Shown here: positions 45,421 to 54,898 of the stretch, one piece after another
How the letters are laid out: each line of letters opens with the position of its first letter
Numbering within the stretch: the stretch's first letter is position 1
Assembly (NCBI GenBank): GCA_016432485.1
Contig: CP066691.1
Coordinates: 77,466 to 141,465 of the forward strand
Direction: 5' to 3'
Length of the DNA: 64,000 nucleotides
DNA from: Candidatus Niyogibacteria bacterium
GTDB lineage: Bacteria; Patescibacteriota; Minisyncoccia; HO2-45-28
Program-made: the position numbers and the translations under genes
Notes under the pieces: model-generated
The model's database searches: none
The model's input: the letters and a program-made list of their open reading frames with translations, nothing else
Told to the model about the DNA's origin: nothing

Positions 45421-45493
45421 ATCGACTTTACATTTAGAACTTTGCCGACTAGACTGGTTAATAGTTCTGAATATAGGGTCGTGGAGGGTTATT

Positions 45494-45805
45494 ATGCCTA
45501 AAGCCGATGTGGTTCTTGAAATCGATTTTGACGTTAACAGTCCGGAAAAAAGTGTAATAAGAACTAACGCCAAAAAAGAAAAACTTGGAGAGACACTTGA
45601 AGCGTGGCTGTCTTGCCAGTTTGGACTGGGTGAAGATGAGAGCGAGTTAGACAAAAAGGATATATATAAAATAAAAATCCAATTGGATTTAAGCGACGAC
45701 TCTTTCTATACCAACAGCGATACGGGGAATAAGGGACTTACTTGCGGAATTATTATATGCGTACTCGATAACTTGAGCCGGATTGAAGTTGTTGATCTTT
45801 CATAA
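45494..45805 (+). CDS. Hypothetical protein
   Basis: ORF only. Confidence 0.3.
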   Translation: MPKADVVLEIDFDVNSPEKSVIRTNAKKEKLGETLEAWLSCQFGLGEDESELDKKDIYKIKIQLDLSDDSFYTNSDTGNKGLTCGIIICVLDNLSRIEVVDLS

Positions 45806-45903
45806 ATCTGAAAGATAAAAAGTTAAGGCCGACGCATGTCGGTCTTTTTCTTTTAAATTTGTTGTCCTATGATATTTATGGGTGTTCTTACGGGAGGTCG
45901 GCC

Positions 45904-46701
45904 ATGGATTTACAAAAAATTATATTGACTCGATTGGATGAATATTTATTCGTGAATTTGGCAAATCCTCCGGTAAACGCGTTAAGTCGCGAGGTAATTG
46001 AAGAACTTCACGCAATGCTTGATTACGCTCAGAAAGAAGATTCAATACGGCAAATATTCATTGGCCACGGCGGAAAATTTTTCAGCGCCGGAGCCGACCT
46101 TGAGGAGTTACGCGAAGTGATTATGTCTGCGGATTGTTATATTAAAGCGGGAATGTTTTCCCGCCGCGGACAGATGCTTACTATGCGTATTGCCCGTTTT
46201 CCCAAAAAAATTATCGCGACCGTTAATGGGTATTGTCTTGGAGGAGGGCTTGAACTTGCGCTGGCATGCCATGAACAAATTTTTTTAAGTCAAGCTAAAA
46301 TTGGCTTGCCCGAAGCAACTCTTGGAATTATCCCCGGCTGGGGCGGTACGGCGTTAGCGCCCTTGAGGATTAAAGGCGCGCATAAATCGTTTCTTTCACG
46401 CGCTCAGATCGCGGCTCCCAGCGCGCTTTCTGACGGCGATATAAAAACAGAAACAAAAACTCCATCGCCTCTCGCGTTGAAATGGACAGAACTTCTGATG
46501 ACATTTGCCGCGCGTAGACATAAAGCGCTTGAATGCGACCTTGAATATCATTTCGCGATGGAAGCCGCGATATTCGCTTTTCTTTGCTCGGAAAGCGACG
46601 CGCGCGAAGGCCTAAGCGCGTTTTTTGAAAAAAGAAAGACTAATTTCAGCGCGGCTTCTCCGTCAACCGCGTTTGACCATATGGTCAAAATTTTTCGATA
46701 G
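45904..46701 (+). CDS. Enoyl-CoA hydratase/isomerase (crotonase) family protein
   Basis: FSAGADLEEL and GYCLGGGLELALACHEQIF…GIIPGWGGT. Confidence 0.75.
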   Translation: MDLQKIILTRLDEYLFVNLANPPVNALSREVIEELHAMLDYAQKEDSIRQIFIGHGGKFFSAGADLEELREVIMSADCYIKAGMFSRRGQMLTMRIARFPKKIIATVNGYCLGGGLELALACHEQIFLSQAKIGLPEATLGIIPGWGGTALAPLRIKGAHKSFLSRAQIAAPSALSDGDIKTETKTPSPLALKWTELLMTFAARRHKALECDLEYHFAMEAAIFAFLCSESDAREGLSAFFEKRKTNFSAASPSTAFDHMVKIFR

Positions 46702-46738
46702 TCTTGTGGATTGGATATGACAGAAAAAAGAAACGCGC

Positions 46739-47299
46739 CTAAGGCGCGTTTTTGAACTCTCTCCAGCGATCTGCCGTAAGTTCGTATCGTACAAAATCCA
46801 ACCATTGGCCCTTCCAAAAATACTCGTTTTTAAGAACGCCTACTTCACAATAGCCGAATTTTTCCGTGACATGGCGCATTCTTGCGTTATCAACACGGAA
46901 GTTCATATAAACCTTGTTCAATTTCAGATATTCAAAAACCCACTTATGCAGAATTTCCAACATTTCCTGAGCGTATCCTTTTCCGGTAAAATCTTTGTTT
47001 ATAATCATAATTCCCACACGGGCATTTCTGTTTATATCATCAATATCATGAATTCCAACCGTCCCGATTAAAACGTCTTTTTCGAGCGTTTCAGCGACAA
47101 ACACGAATTCTCGATACGGTCTTTTTGTCACGGCTTCTATCCACGCAGCTTCCCGCTCCAATGACGGCGCGCCGTCGGAAAAGAATACTAAATTGGATGC
47201 TATTCCAGGATTGTCCCCGAGAAGGGTTATAATAGGTAAAGCGTCTTTTATTTGAATCTGTCTTAACCTGATTCTTTTACCAGGAAGAAATTTGGCCAT
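46739..47299 (-). CDS. GNAT-family N-acetyltransferase (RimJ/RimL-like)
   Basis: GNAT core (…IGIMIINKDFTGKGYAQEML…). Confidence 0.7.
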   Translation of the reverse strand: MAKFLPGKRIRLRQIQIKDALPIITLLGDNPGIASNLVFFSDGAPSLEREAAWIEAVTKRPYREFVFVAETLEKDVLIGTVGIHDIDDINRNARVGIMIINKDFTGKGYAQEMLEILHKWVFEYLKLNKVYMNFRVDNARMRHVTEKFGYCEVGVLKNEYFWKGQWLDFVRYELTADRWREFKNAP

Positions 47300-47374
47300 G
47301 TCGTTTTCTCTCCCGTGAATTTTACAAAACCATTATTTATATAGCATATCTATATTTAGACGTCAAATTCAAAA

Positions 47375-47407
47375 ATCCCCCGCCAACTGCGGGGGATTTT
47401 TGATTAA
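47375..47407 (-). terminator. Rho-independent terminator of the SWIB gene (aaaaatcccccgc-caact-gcgggggattttt)
   Basis: Perfect 8-bp GC stem flanked by A/T tracts on both sides. Confidence 0.65.
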
Positions 47408-47460
47408 GAAAATTTTCCTACTTGGCACGCCGAAGCGAATTTTAATTCGCGAAGGCAGGC

Positions 47461-47760
47461 CTAACTCATATGTTTTGAGACGAGTTTGGTCATCTCAAAC
47501 ATGTTGACTTCTCCTTTGCCGTCAAATAGCGGCCGGAGTTTGTCGTCGGCTTTGATGTTTCTTTTATTCTGGGGATTTTGCAGGTCGTGCTTTTTTATGT
47601 ACTCCCAGATTTTCTTAACGACCTCTCCTCTTGACATTGGGCCTTTACCGACAACGGCCTCGAGTTCCGAGGAAAGATTTAACGGCTTTAGTAAAGCCGG
47701 ATTTGCTTTTCTTACCATAGACTTTTGGATTAGATTAGTTATTAACATAATTCGACGCAC
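47461..47760 (-). CDS. SWIB/MDM2-domain protein
   Basis: …GKGPMSRGEVVKKIWEYIKKHDLQNPQNKRNIKADDKLRPLF…. Confidence 0.65.
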   Translation of the reverse strand: MRRIMLITNLIQKSMVRKANPALLKPLNLSSELEAVVGKGPMSRGEVVKKIWEYIKKHDLQNPQNKRNIKADDKLRPLFDGKGEVNMFEMTKLVSKHMS

Positions 47761-47804
47761 TTACATTATAGCATATTGAGCTTTATTTTGTCCCGTTCCC
47801 TTGT

Positions 47805-47832
47805 CCGCCATAGCTTTAGCGACGGCGGAGCC
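47805..47832. repeat. Copy of the palindromic element (gtccgccatagctttagcgacggcggag) in the 16S 3' trailer
   Basis: Same CCGCC-[AG]TAGCTTTAGCG-GGCGG architecture as the in-gene copies. Confidence 0.5.
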
Positions 47833-48140
47833 CCGATTTAAGGCTCTATGGGCGATACCTTATCCGCCAATGAGGCGGAAACGACCTTGCTAACAGCTAA
47901 AAGCTATAAGCTAAAAGCTGTGTTAGCTAAGTAAATAATCCACGACCAGCTTCCGCTAGCCGTGCCTTGTTACGACTTAGTCCCTGTCACCGAGCTCACC
48001 TTAGCCGAGCACCACTTTTACAACTATTGTTCTTACAAAAGAACGAGTTATGCAGTGCTACTTGGCGCTTATATTACAAGCGCTTTTCGCAAAAGTGGTG
48101 CTCGGTTTCGGGTGTTCCCGGCTTCCTTGACTTGACGGGC

Positions 48141-49122
48141 GGTATTATGGTCTAATATCTTTTCAAATATTTAGCCATGCACCACTGGGCAAGCAGTTTT
48201 CCTGCACCCTAGCGGTTTTCGTAGGTTCGGGCTTTTTTGCCTCGAGCCCTGATTTCTTCGCGTATTTTGATAATTTTCTTAAATCCTTTGTCCGTTAAAT
48301 GCTCTTTCTGTTTTACTTTCAAAACAATTGTTTTGAATCTTTTGTAGACCTCCGCCTTTTTTGCCTGTAAAGGACATTTATCAAGAAACGGAAAAAGAAA
48401 TTCTGTTAAATCCTTGTTGTTTGTAATTTTATATTTTACATGCGGATACCATCCATACCTTTCGTATGAAAGATCATAAATTCGTCCGCACCCAATTGTG
48501 ATTAAGATTCGTTCCAATATTTCTCTGTCATCGGCCCGAACTTCTATTTCAAACTCCGGCCTTATTTCAAGGCCGCGTTTAAGAGTTTTGTGTCTGCCAA
48601 TGCTTACTGAAAACGATCCCTCACCGTCAATAAAACCCGCAACATAGTTAGGATCAAGTTTTTTCCTACGAATTCGTTCCTTCCCAAACGGCGCTTTTAA
48701 TAAGCAGTTTTTGTGGTCGTCATTTTCAGACGACTTTCGTTTGGTACTACGAACTTTGCTGACTTCTTGCGTTGTTTTTGGACGATTGCTCGTTTTCATA
48801 CCTCGAGGTTATTATACCACGAGGACAACGCAAGATCTCCCACGGTAACCCATATATCTGTGTGTATCTATCTCGATGCCACTACACGCGTTATGCATTT
48901 TTTGCGGCGGGATTCTTCCTGTACTCGAGGAATCTCCCGCATAACGCGCCACAAACTGGCATTCAAGCTAAATACTGCTAATTTCACCCTTCGCCACGGC
49001 TCCTCGCGGAGACGGGCTGTGATTTTGCTTCGTTTCTACCGCAAAGAAACGGCTGGACTTCCGAGCGCATAAAACGTTATGTGCTTCGGTCACCAGCTAG
49101 ATACACGGATCGCATGGCGACC
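48141..49122 (-). mobile_element. ~1 kb intron in 16S (E. coli position ~1390-1400) encoding a LAGLIDADG homing endonuclease; probable group I intron
   Basis: The conserved GTACAC|ACCGCCCGTC block is split by ~980 nt containing a sense-strand ORF. Confidence 0.75.
48209..48799 (-). CDS. LAGLIDADG homing endonuclease (intron-encoded)
   Basis: YVAGFIDGEGSF motif. Same strand as the rRNA. Confidence 0.8.
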   Translation of the reverse strand: MKTSNRPKTTQEVSKVRSTKRKSSENDDHKNCLLKAPFGKERIRRKKLDPNYVAGFIDGEGSFSVSIGRHKTLKRGLEIRPEFEIEVRADDREILERILITIGCGRIYDLSYERYGWYPHVKYKITNNKDLTEFLFPFLDKCPLQAKKAEVYKRFKTIVLKVKQKEHLTDKGFKKIIKIREEIRARGKKARTYENR

Positions 49123-49630
49123 CGAGTACAAGACTCGAGAACGTATTCACCGCGGCGTTCTGATCCGCGATTACTAGCGATTCCGGCTTCACGAGGTCAG
49201 GTTGCAGACCTCGATCCGAATTGGGGCCGGCTTTGATGGGATTAGCTCCGCCTTACGGCTTGGCGACCCTTTGAACCGGCCATTGTAGCACGTGTGTAGC
49301 CCAGGGCATCAGAGGGCCATGCTGACTTGGCGTCATCCCCACCTTCCTCCCCGCCCTCTAAGCTCTACTTTAAATCCTCTTTACAAACTTATTGTGTTGA
49401 AGATTTACAACGACCGACGCGGTCATTGTTAAAGCATAGAGGGCGGGGCAGTTTCGCCTGACATATATAACAGGCAATGGGGGTTGCGCTCGTTACCCCA
49501 CTGAAGGGAACAACTCAAGCCACGAGCTGACGACAGCCATGCAGCGCCTGTCCAGCCGTCCTTGTGAGAAAACCTGCCTTTCGGCAAATTGTCGTCTGGA
49601 TTTCAAGCCCTGGTGAGGTTCTTCGCTTAC

Positions 49631-49665
<35 letters not shown>

Positions 49666-49676
49666 AGTCCCCGTCT

Positions 49677-49718
<42 letters not shown>

Positions 49719-49813
49719 GAGGCTTAACGCGTTAGCTTCGACACTCAAAGGGTCGATACTTCGAATATCTAGCCTCCATCGTTTAGGGCGCGGAGTACAA
49801 GGGTATCTACATC

Positions 49814-50200
49814 ATTGTTACTTAAACCGAACTTATTAATCATCGGTTAAGGAGCGAACATTTCTGCCGCTCTCTCCGTGTTACCACGAAGATCGGACTA
49901 TATCATCCCGCCAACATCTATAAAGTTGTGGCGGGCTCGGCGTATAGTCTCTACGGGGTTACTGGAAACTTATACTTGTATTTAGGCAATATATATTTTT
50001 TAACTGCAAACCACAATTTTTTAATTATCGTATATTTGCCATAAACACACGTATAAGTTTCCAGAACTTCCCTCGGTATTTTCCGTTTTTTAAAAACGGA
50101 TTTCTACCGATATAGCCGAGTTTGCATTCCATTGTCGCCAATGGAAGGGACTAGCAGCCAACTTTAATTATATCAATAAAGTTGGATACCCATGCCAATC
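49814..50200 (-). mobile_element. ~390-nt ORF-less intervening sequence in 16S (E. coli position ~790-800); probable intron
   Basis: GGGTATCTAATCC…CGCTTTCG is interrupted. No ORF longer than 60 aa on the rRNA strand. Confidence 0.55.
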
Positions 50201-51042
50201 CTTTTCCATACCCGCGCTTTCGTGTTTCAGAGTCAGGAACGCGCCAGTAGACTGCCTTCGCCTTTGGTGTTCCCCTGGATATCAATGGATTTCACTCCTA
50301 CACCCAGAGTTCCGTCTACCTCTCGCGTCCTCCGAGTTCAATGGTATCCCCTGCATTTTCGCCGTTGGGCGGCGATATTTAACAAAAGACTCATTAAACC
50401 TCCTACACACCCTTTACGCCCAGTAAATCCGGATAACGCTTGGGCTCCTCGTATTACCGCGGCTGCTGGCACGAGGTTAGCAAGCCCTTATTCATGGGAT
50501 ACTGTCACTTGCGTTCATCTCCCATAAAAGCAGTTTACGTCCCGAAGGATTTCTTCCTGCACGCGGCGTCGCTCGATCAGGCTTTCGCCCATTGTCGAAT
50601 ATTCTCGACTGCTGCCACCCGTAGGTGTATGGCCCGTGTCGCAGTGCCATTGGTGGGGGGCGAGCTCTCACTCCCCCTAGCCGTCATAGCCTTGGTAGGC
50701 TTTTACCCTGCCAACAAGCTGATAGCCCGCAGACCTTTCCCAGAGCGTCTTACGACTTTACCCTCACGGGAACTATCGGGAATTAGCCCCGCTTTCGCGG
50801 GGTTATGCCCGTCTCTGGGGTAAGTATCTACGTATTACTACCCCGTCTGCCACTCGCCAACGCTTCGCGTTGGAAGCACGAAATCCTAAATCCGAAATAC
50901 GAAACAAACTCAAAATTACAATACTCAAATTCCAAATGTTTTTAGTTTAGAATTTCGAGTTTGGATATTGTTTCGGATTTCGATATTCGAATTTCGAATT
51001 TCCAGTGCGAAGCACTGGCTCGTACGACTTGCATGCCTTATC

Positions 51043-51145
<103 letters not shown>

Positions 51146-51249
51146 TGAACGGGACAAAATAAAACTCACATGTTTTCCATACGAAATAAAAAACTTTAGT
51201 TTTTATAAATTTCGTATGGGATGCGTATAATGTGTATTAAATTTTCAAG

Positions 51250-51310
51250 GTTCTTGGGGGTTTCTATGAAAAGAAACCCGCGGCTGCCTTCTTTTTCCAA
51301 AGACAGCCGC
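51250..51310. terminator. Bidirectional terminator hairpin (ccgcggctg…cagccgcgg, T-tracts on both strands) between the gtrA-like gene and the rRNA promoter region
   Basis: aaacccgcggctgccttctttttccaaagacagccgcggacttcttttt. Confidence 0.5.
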
Positions 51311-51428
51311 GGACTTCTTTTTAACTTTTCAATTTATTTCGTTTATCTACTTACGGGCCACATATTTCAATCTATTAACTAATAGTAATTTTCTATTAAG
51401 TCGATAATGATTCCATTATATCCATCCT

Positions 51429-52061
51429 TTAAACGCTGTCAAGTCCTCTATTCACAGGGTTGTTTGGGACTTTAAACACTATAAATTTGTATCCCAAAAA
51501 GTTCCAAATTAGACTGGCTCCAACGCCCGCGGCGGCCCCGACATTAGCCCATAGAGTTGGCGTCAGTCCCAATTGCGCGGGAATAAAATTTACCACCAAA
51601 GAAGCAATGCCAACATTTACGATAATACCAATAACGCTGACCAAAAGAAACTGGGCGTATTCTTTTCCGGCGGCCCTTTCTCCGCCTTCGGCAAAGAAAA
51701 CCCAAAAGCGGTTCCAGACATAGCTATTTATATTGGCAACGATAAAACTCACGGTTTTAAAGAGCGAGAAATAAAGGCCGGACGGGATGCCCGTTATAAA
51801 AATTAAAAAGTTCAAAACGCCGAAATCAATGGCGGTATTTAGAAATCCGACTTCCGCAAATTTCGTCAACTGCCAAAGCCATAAAAAACGCCGTCTTAAA
51901 AAATGAACCAGCCATACTCCTAAAACAAAAATAGCCGGCCAAATAACAATGAATAAAAATTCCCCGTAGGGAATTTTTATTCCCAGATTGCGTACGGTGG
52001 GAATAAGAAGTGCTCCCGTAATCAATCCTGCGATAATCGCGAAAAAATAATCTTTTTTCAT
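51429..52061 (-). CDS. GtrA-family membrane protein
   Basis: Four TM helices and a GtrA-like pattern. Start set at MKKDYFF. Confidence 0.55.
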   Translation of the reverse strand: MKKDYFFAIIAGLITGALLIPTVRNLGIKIPYGEFLFIVIWPAIFVLGVWLVHFLRRRFLWLWQLTKFAEVGFLNTAIDFGVLNFLIFITGIPSGLYFSLFKTVSFIVANINSYVWNRFWVFFAEGGERAAGKEYAQFLLVSVIGIIVNVGIASLVVNFIPAQLGLTPTLWANVGAAAGVGASLIWNFLGYKFIVFKVPNNPVNRGLDSV

Positions 52062-52062
52062 T

Positions 52063-54480
52063 TTAAAATTGAGGATAGCGTTTTTTAATTTCGGCTTCAA
52101 TTTCGGCAATGGGACGGCCGTATTTATTGGCGGATAATTTTTTGAGTAATACAGCGCTTGTTTCATTGCCCGTCTCCCTGGGCATAATTTTTATGTTAAA
52201 GGGTTTAATGGTCTGTCCGCGCACCAAAAGTTTGAGATAGCAGTTGAAGTTTTCAATGTTCATTAAATCTCTGGCTCCAAAAACCGGTTCAAATTGCTTC
52301 TCCATAAATTCCGCGTCATCCGCTCCGATTCTGAAAGAAGCGATTGAGCCGACGTTCCCGAAAACGGAAAGCCGTATGGGCTCGGTCAGCTGTCCTATAA
52401 ATTGGTGCGCCATCGTGAGGTCTAGGCGGTATTTTCTGGCTTCTGAAAGAATGGTGGCTATTGAAGGGGTTGTCACGTTTTGAAACTCGTCAAGATAGAG
52501 ATAAAAATCCCGTCTTTTCTCCTCCGGTATATTAACGCGGGAAAAGGCAGCCATCATAATTTTTCCGACTATTATCAATCCCAATAGCGACGAATTTGTC
52601 TCTCCTATTCTTCCTTTTGATAAATTAACGATTAAAATTTTTCCGCTGTCCATAATTTCTCGGAATTTCAGCGACGACTTTTCCTGCAAAAGAACGGGCC
52701 TCATAAATTCATTGCTTAAAAAGGCGTCAAACTTGGAGGTGATATAAGGCGTCATATTTGCAAGCGCCGCTTCTCCTCCGGCTTTTTCGGCTACATCGCG
52801 CCAGAAAGCGTTGATCACCGGATTTCTGGAACGGGAGAGTTTTAATCTGCGAAATTCCGGATCGGACATAACCCGTTCTATTTCAAAAAGCGTATTGCCG
52901 GAAGGCGGGTCTTCCATTACTAAGAGCGTTGAATTTCTAAAATAAGTTTCAAACATCGGGCCCAGCGCCTCCGGAACGTCCGCGTAAAGTTTGCGGAATA
53001 TCTCCAAAAGCTCGTTGACTATGAAAGTTTTTTGTTCGGGATAGGCCGGGTCATATTCCAAAAAATTAAGGCCCATAGGTCTGGATGTGTTTGCGGGGTC
53101 AAAATATACGACATCTCCTAAGCGATTTTCCGGAATATAACCAAGCGCTGTTTCGGCCATATCGCCATGCGGGTCAATAACGCATAAGCCCTCTCCGGAT
53201 TCAATATCTTGTTTTATCATATTTTGCAGGAAAGTCGTTTTGCCGGTGCCGGTCTGTCCTATTATATATAGGTGTCTGCGCCTGTCGTCTTTAGACAGTC
53301 TGATTGGCGCGCTTTCGCCTCGGTAAATATTTTCTCCCAAAAGAATTCCTTCCGTAGGCAGTCCGGGCGGCGCGGGCGCGTCTTTAGCTTTGAGAAATTT
53401 CAGTTTCGGAGCAGTCGTAATAACGGACGGAAAATGATATACGCTTGTCAGTTCTCGGCTGTTTAGCGCCATAGTTTTCGCCGCGTCCGGCGTCCTAAAA
53501 GAGAAACGATATATAAAATTATTTAAATCCCTTGGTTTAATTTTTTTGAAAACAAAACTGTTTCCCCTTGTCTCGGCAAATTGAATAAAGGCGCTGGCCA
53601 ATTCCTGAAGAATTCTTTCGGCTTCCTCCGGTTCTGAAGCCGAAGTTACAAGGCGTATGTTGACGCTAAATACCGGGAAAGCGGCTTTTTCTTCAAGAAG
53701 TTTGGCGGTTTCTTCGTCAACTACGGCCGGGCCGTCTTTTTTGGGCCCTTCTCCCCTGCCCGTTAATAAAAATTTGATGGTCTCTTTCGTTTTGTTTAAT
53801 CCTTCGCCGGTTTGGATTTTTTTACCTTCGCGAACGGACTTAATGGCGCCCTTCAGCTTTTTGATAAAATTTTTGGGTCCGCGGCTGACTATTATTTGAA
53901 GCGCGGCTCCCTCGCCTTCTTTTTTAAGTTTGGCAAAAGCGTTGGCAATAACTTCAAGAGGGTCGGCGTCAAGCCGCTGATAGGTTCGTATGGATAAAAG
54001 CGGAGAAACGGCTAAAGAAAAATAACCTCCGGCGCTCGCGCCCTCGGCATTAAAAATATTATAATCCTCTTTTTTTTCCTCAATTTTGGCGTAGGGGTAT
54101 AAACCCTGCAGATGTTTTTCAAAAAGCCGCGCCTTTTTCCTTGGAACCGCCGCATAAAAAACGGCTTCTTCTCCGGCTGAAGGCAGGGCCAGCTCCAGAG
54201 CAAAACCGGAACGGCCGAACCATCGGTCTTCAAAAATAGCGGCCAGTCCCGCGTAAAATTGCTCCATAGTTGAAATCAGGTCCTTGAAAGAAAGATTTTC
54301 TTTTGGGGGTTGGCCGCCAAAAGGCAGAGTCACTTCATAGAGAGCGAATTCAAGAGAAGATAAAATCTCGCGCCGCTTTTTAATCCTTCTTATAAAAAAA
54401 AATAAAGCGCCGCCCAGGATTAAAAACAAAGCCGCGCCGATATATATAAAGAAAAGCTGTTGGAAAGTGAGAAGAATCAT
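52063..54480 (-). CDS. VirB4/TraC-like (DUF87-type) membrane-anchored P-loop ATPase of a type IV secretion/pilus-like system
   Basis: N-terminal TM; Walker A IIGQTGTGKTTFL; DPHGD; Walker B FYLYLDEFQNV. Confidence 0.45.
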   Translation of the reverse strand: MILLTFQQLFFIYIGAALFLILGGALFFFIRRIKKRREILSSLEFALYEVTLPFGGQPPKENLSFKDLISTMEQFYAGLAAIFEDRWFGRSGFALELALPSAGEEAVFYAAVPRKKARLFEKHLQGLYPYAKIEEKKEDYNIFNAEGASAGGYFSLAVSPLLSIRTYQRLDADPLEVIANAFAKLKKEGEGAALQIIVSRGPKNFIKKLKGAIKSVREGKKIQTGEGLNKTKETIKFLLTGRGEGPKKDGPAVVDEETAKLLEEKAAFPVFSVNIRLVTSASEPEEAERILQELASAFIQFAETRGNSFVFKKIKPRDLNNFIYRFSFRTPDAAKTMALNSRELTSVYHFPSVITTAPKLKFLKAKDAPAPPGLPTEGILLGENIYRGESAPIRLSKDDRRRHLYIIGQTGTGKTTFLQNMIKQDIESGEGLCVIDPHGDMAETALGYIPENRLGDVVYFDPANTSRPMGLNFLEYDPAYPEQKTFIVNELLEIFRKLYADVPEALGPMFETYFRNSTLLVMEDPPSGNTLFEIERVMSDPEFRRLKLSRSRNPVINAFWRDVAEKAGGEAALANMTPYITSKFDAFLSNEFMRPVLLQEKSSLKFREIMDSGKILIVNLSKGRIGETNSSLLGLIIVGKIMMAAFSRVNIPEEKRRDFYLYLDEFQNVTTPSIATILSEARKYRLDLTMAHQFIGQLTEPIRLSVFGNVGSIASFRIGADDAEFMEKQFEPVFGARDLMNIENFNCYLKLLVRGQTIKPFNIKIMPRETGNETSAVLLKKLSANKYGRPIAEIEAEIKKRYPQF

Positions 54481-54878
54481 TTTTTTCTTGCGGCGAGTTC
54501 AAGCGCCAGCCGGTCGTGAAAATCATCCAGAAGATGCGGATTTTTCAGATGTCTGGCCACTTCAACCGCGTAAATTATTCCGTTTTTTTGGGCAATATTT
54601 AAAAGTTCGCCGATTTGTTTGGCGTGCGGTTCGTTTTGAAGAATTTGAGCCGCTTTTTTGGTTTCATCGCTTGAGGCGTCTGCGGAAGTGGTCGGAGTTT
54701 GAGCGGTGTATTCTTTAATCACTTCTTTGGCCGTTTCTTCTTCTTTAAACTCCGTGCCGGATTCGGTCAGTTCTTTTTTCTTTTCGGCCAGTGCCCCTTC
54801 TAATTTTCTTATTTCTTCTTGAATTATATTCGGAGATTCTATTTCAGTCATTGATTTTATAATATTCCATATTGCCAA
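54477..54878 (-). CDS. Hypothetical coiled-coil protein
   Basis: ORF overlapping the ATPase gene by 4 nt. Confidence 0.4.
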   Translation of the reverse strand: MAIWNIIKSMTEIESPNIIQEEIRKLEGALAEKKKELTESGTEFKEEETAKEVIKEYTAQTPTTSADASSDETKKAAQILQNEPHAKQIGELLNIAQKNGIIYAVEVARHLKNPHLLDDFHDRLALELAARKK

Positions 54879-54898
54879 TTATAACAAAATAACAAGAT

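Noticed and set aside
44949-45437. ORFs 44949..45257 (-) and 45168..45437 (+)
   Set aside because: They fall in the GC-rich palindromic-repeat block. Their Gly/Arg/Pro-rich low-complexity translations mirror the repeat sequence, and there is no start context.
48713-49072. 119-aa and 69-aa plus-strand ORFs
   Set aside because: They lie inside the 16S intron, antisense to the LAGLIDADG gene and to rRNA exon sequence.
50192-50823. Two plus-strand ORFs (111 aa and 127 aa) within 50192-50823
   Set aside because: They lie entirely inside the 16S rRNA gene, antisense to its conserved 515-region blocks.
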